Source: an uncultured Bacilli bacterium (lineage in GTDB: Bacteria > Bacillota_I > Bacilli_A > RF39 > UBA660). Taken from it: a stretch of DNA of 64,000 nucleotides. The first letter of the stretch is position 1; every line of letters begins with the position of its first letter. Under the pieces are notes generated by a model. The model saw only the letters and a list, made by a program, of their open reading frames with translations. It ran no database searches and was not told the DNA's origin. Shown here one piece after another: positions 63,009-64,000 of this stretch. The stretch spans positions 7,837 to 71,836 of the forward strand of contig CANQEJ010000001.1 of assembly GCA_947594925.1 (NCBI GenBank), in the 5' to 3' direction. The translations under genes and the position numbers were made by a program.

Positions 63009-63221
63009 TTGAACTTAGATAGTATAAAAGAAGAGATAAGTCAAAATTTAAATCAAGCAGTATCAGTGACGGTTTATGGTATGCGTAATAAAACTAATAA
63101 TTACGTGGGGATTATATCCGGTATTTATCCCAATATCTTCACGGTTTTAGCCGATGGAGAAAATAAAAGTTTTTCCTATGCTGATGTTGCTACAAAAGAA
63201 ATTAAAATTGAATATTTATAA
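63009..63221 (+). CDS. veg: Veg protein
   Basis: FSYADVATKEIKIEY matches the Veg C-terminus; TTG start after AAGGGGGG. Confidence 0.7.
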   Translation: MNLDSIKEEISQNLNQAVSVTVYGMRNKTNNYVGIISGIYPNIFTVLADGENKSFSYADVATKEIKIEYL

Positions 63222-63311
63222 TTGTTAAATTTTAACAATTTTTGTTGATTTATTTTTAAATATGCTATACACTAATATTAAGTTGAAAGATACTTTAGAA
63301 GGAGAGTTGTT

Positions 63312-63578
63312 ATGCAAATTACATCAGTAAGAGTACATAAGACTGAGAAAGAAAATTCACGAATGAAAGGTATTGCCACAGTTGTAATAGATAATTCTTT
63401 TGCTGTTCATGATATTAGAATTATTGAAAAAGATGACCATCTATTTATAGCTATGCCTAGTAGAAAAACTGCTACTGGTGAATATAAGGATATCGCTCAT
63501 CCAATCAATCATGATGTACGCAAACTATTCGAAGATGCAATTCTAGAAGAATATAATAAACCAGAAACAGAAGAATAA
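63312..63578 (+). CDS. spoVG: Septation / sporulation protein SpoVG
   Basis: MQITSVRVHK...VHDIRIIEKDDHLFIAMPS...DIAHPIN. Confidence 0.95.
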   Translation: MQITSVRVHKTEKENSRMKGIATVVIDNSFAVHDIRIIEKDDHLFIAMPSRKTATGEYKDIAHPINHDVRKLFEDAILEEYNKPETEE

Positions 63579-63600
63579 TTAAAAACTTCTGTTTTTTAAT
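63565..63600 (+). terminator. spoVG terminator
   Basis: Stem AAACAGAAG / CTTCTGTTT then TTTTTT. Confidence 0.5.
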
Positions 63601-63616
63601 ATGAAAGGTGATAAAG

Positions 63617-64000
63617 ATGAAATACGATATTTGTGTTTTCGGCGGATGTGCTTTAGATCAAACTTTTTTTCAAAATAAAGATGGCAGTTATAATGAAATA
63701 CCAGATATTATTTCGCCAGGAGGAAAAGGTTCAAATCAAGCCGTTGCTGCTGCTAAGGCCGGAGCCAAAACAACCATAATCACGCGCATTGGCAAAGATA
63801 CTATTGGGAAAAATATTTTAGAAAATTTAATAACTTATGGTGTCGATACTTCCAATGTGGAAATGATAGATAATTTAAGTAATGATTATTCTAATATTTA
63901 TGTTAATGAGCACACTAAAGATTATGATATTAAACGTTATGTAGGAGCTATAAATAGTTTTACACCAGATATGATAAATAAATATCAAGATGTTCTGCTT
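63617..64000 (+). CDS. PfkB-family carbohydrate kinase (ribokinase-like), 3'-truncated by the window end
   Basis: GGKGSNQAVAAAKAG ribokinase N-terminal motif. Confidence 0.7.
   Translation, partial: MKYDICVFGGCALDQTFFQNKDGSYNEIPDIISPGGKGSNQAVAAAKAGAKTTIITRIGKDTIGKNILENLITYGVDTSNVEMIDNLSNDYSNIYVNEHTKDYDIKRYVGAINSFTPDMINKYQDVLL

Overview
Coordinates below were derived by hand from the printed sequence and the supplied ORF track. I ran no search or alignment tool, so every family call rests on motifs I recognise by eye.

This window is the replication-origin region of a visibly AT-rich, low-GC Firmicute that uses the standard genetic code. TGA is not read as Trp: SecA, GyrA and Mfd are full length in the supplied ORFs. 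The organism is an endospore former with Bacilli/Erysipelotrichia-type gene content (RNA polymerase delta subunit rpoE; a Noc-like protein). Sporulation genes present are spoIIR, spoIID, a SpoIIQ-like degenerate M23 protein, bofA, spoVT, yabG, spoVG and ricT.

Core layout:
- Minus strand, leading to the origin: rpmH-rnpA-yidC-jag-mnmE-mnmG-rsmG-noc.
- Two DnaA-box clusters flank dnaA (oriC).
- Plus strand from the origin: dnaA-dnaN-comK-recF-gyrB-gyrA.
- Five perfect parS palindromes lie just downstream of gyrA, followed by a small SRP RNA.
- Then tadA-dnaX-ebfC-recR-bofA-holB-ricT, pth-mfd-spoVT-tatD, pflBA, htpG and ksgA-yabG-veg-spoVG.
- The minus-strand block 1782..16981 is housekeeping: secA, hpf, csp, murA, rpmE, rpiB, prfA-prmC and rpoE.

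Accessory and unusual content:
- An AbiE-type toxin/antitoxin pair (AbiEi/AbiEii) at the left edge.
- An agr-like quorum-sensing locus: agrB plus an unannotated agrD-like peptide gene, with convergent agrC-like kinase and agrA-like LytTR regulator genes, and a textbook LytTR direct-repeat site upstream of agrB.
- A Noc-family ParB homologue with a long low-complexity C-terminal extension. Two perfect Noc-binding palindromes occur elsewhere in the window.
- A two-gene island (AAA ATPase plus a Fic/Doc-like protein with the catalytic His replaced) inserted between mfd and spoVT.
- A tandem pair of paralogous proteins of unknown function.
- An adjacent helical-repeat protein and HExxH protein of unknown function.
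- Two inverted copies of a hairpin element bracketing a 345 bp AT-rich segment.

No rRNA, tRNA, CRISPR array, transposase or integrase was seen.
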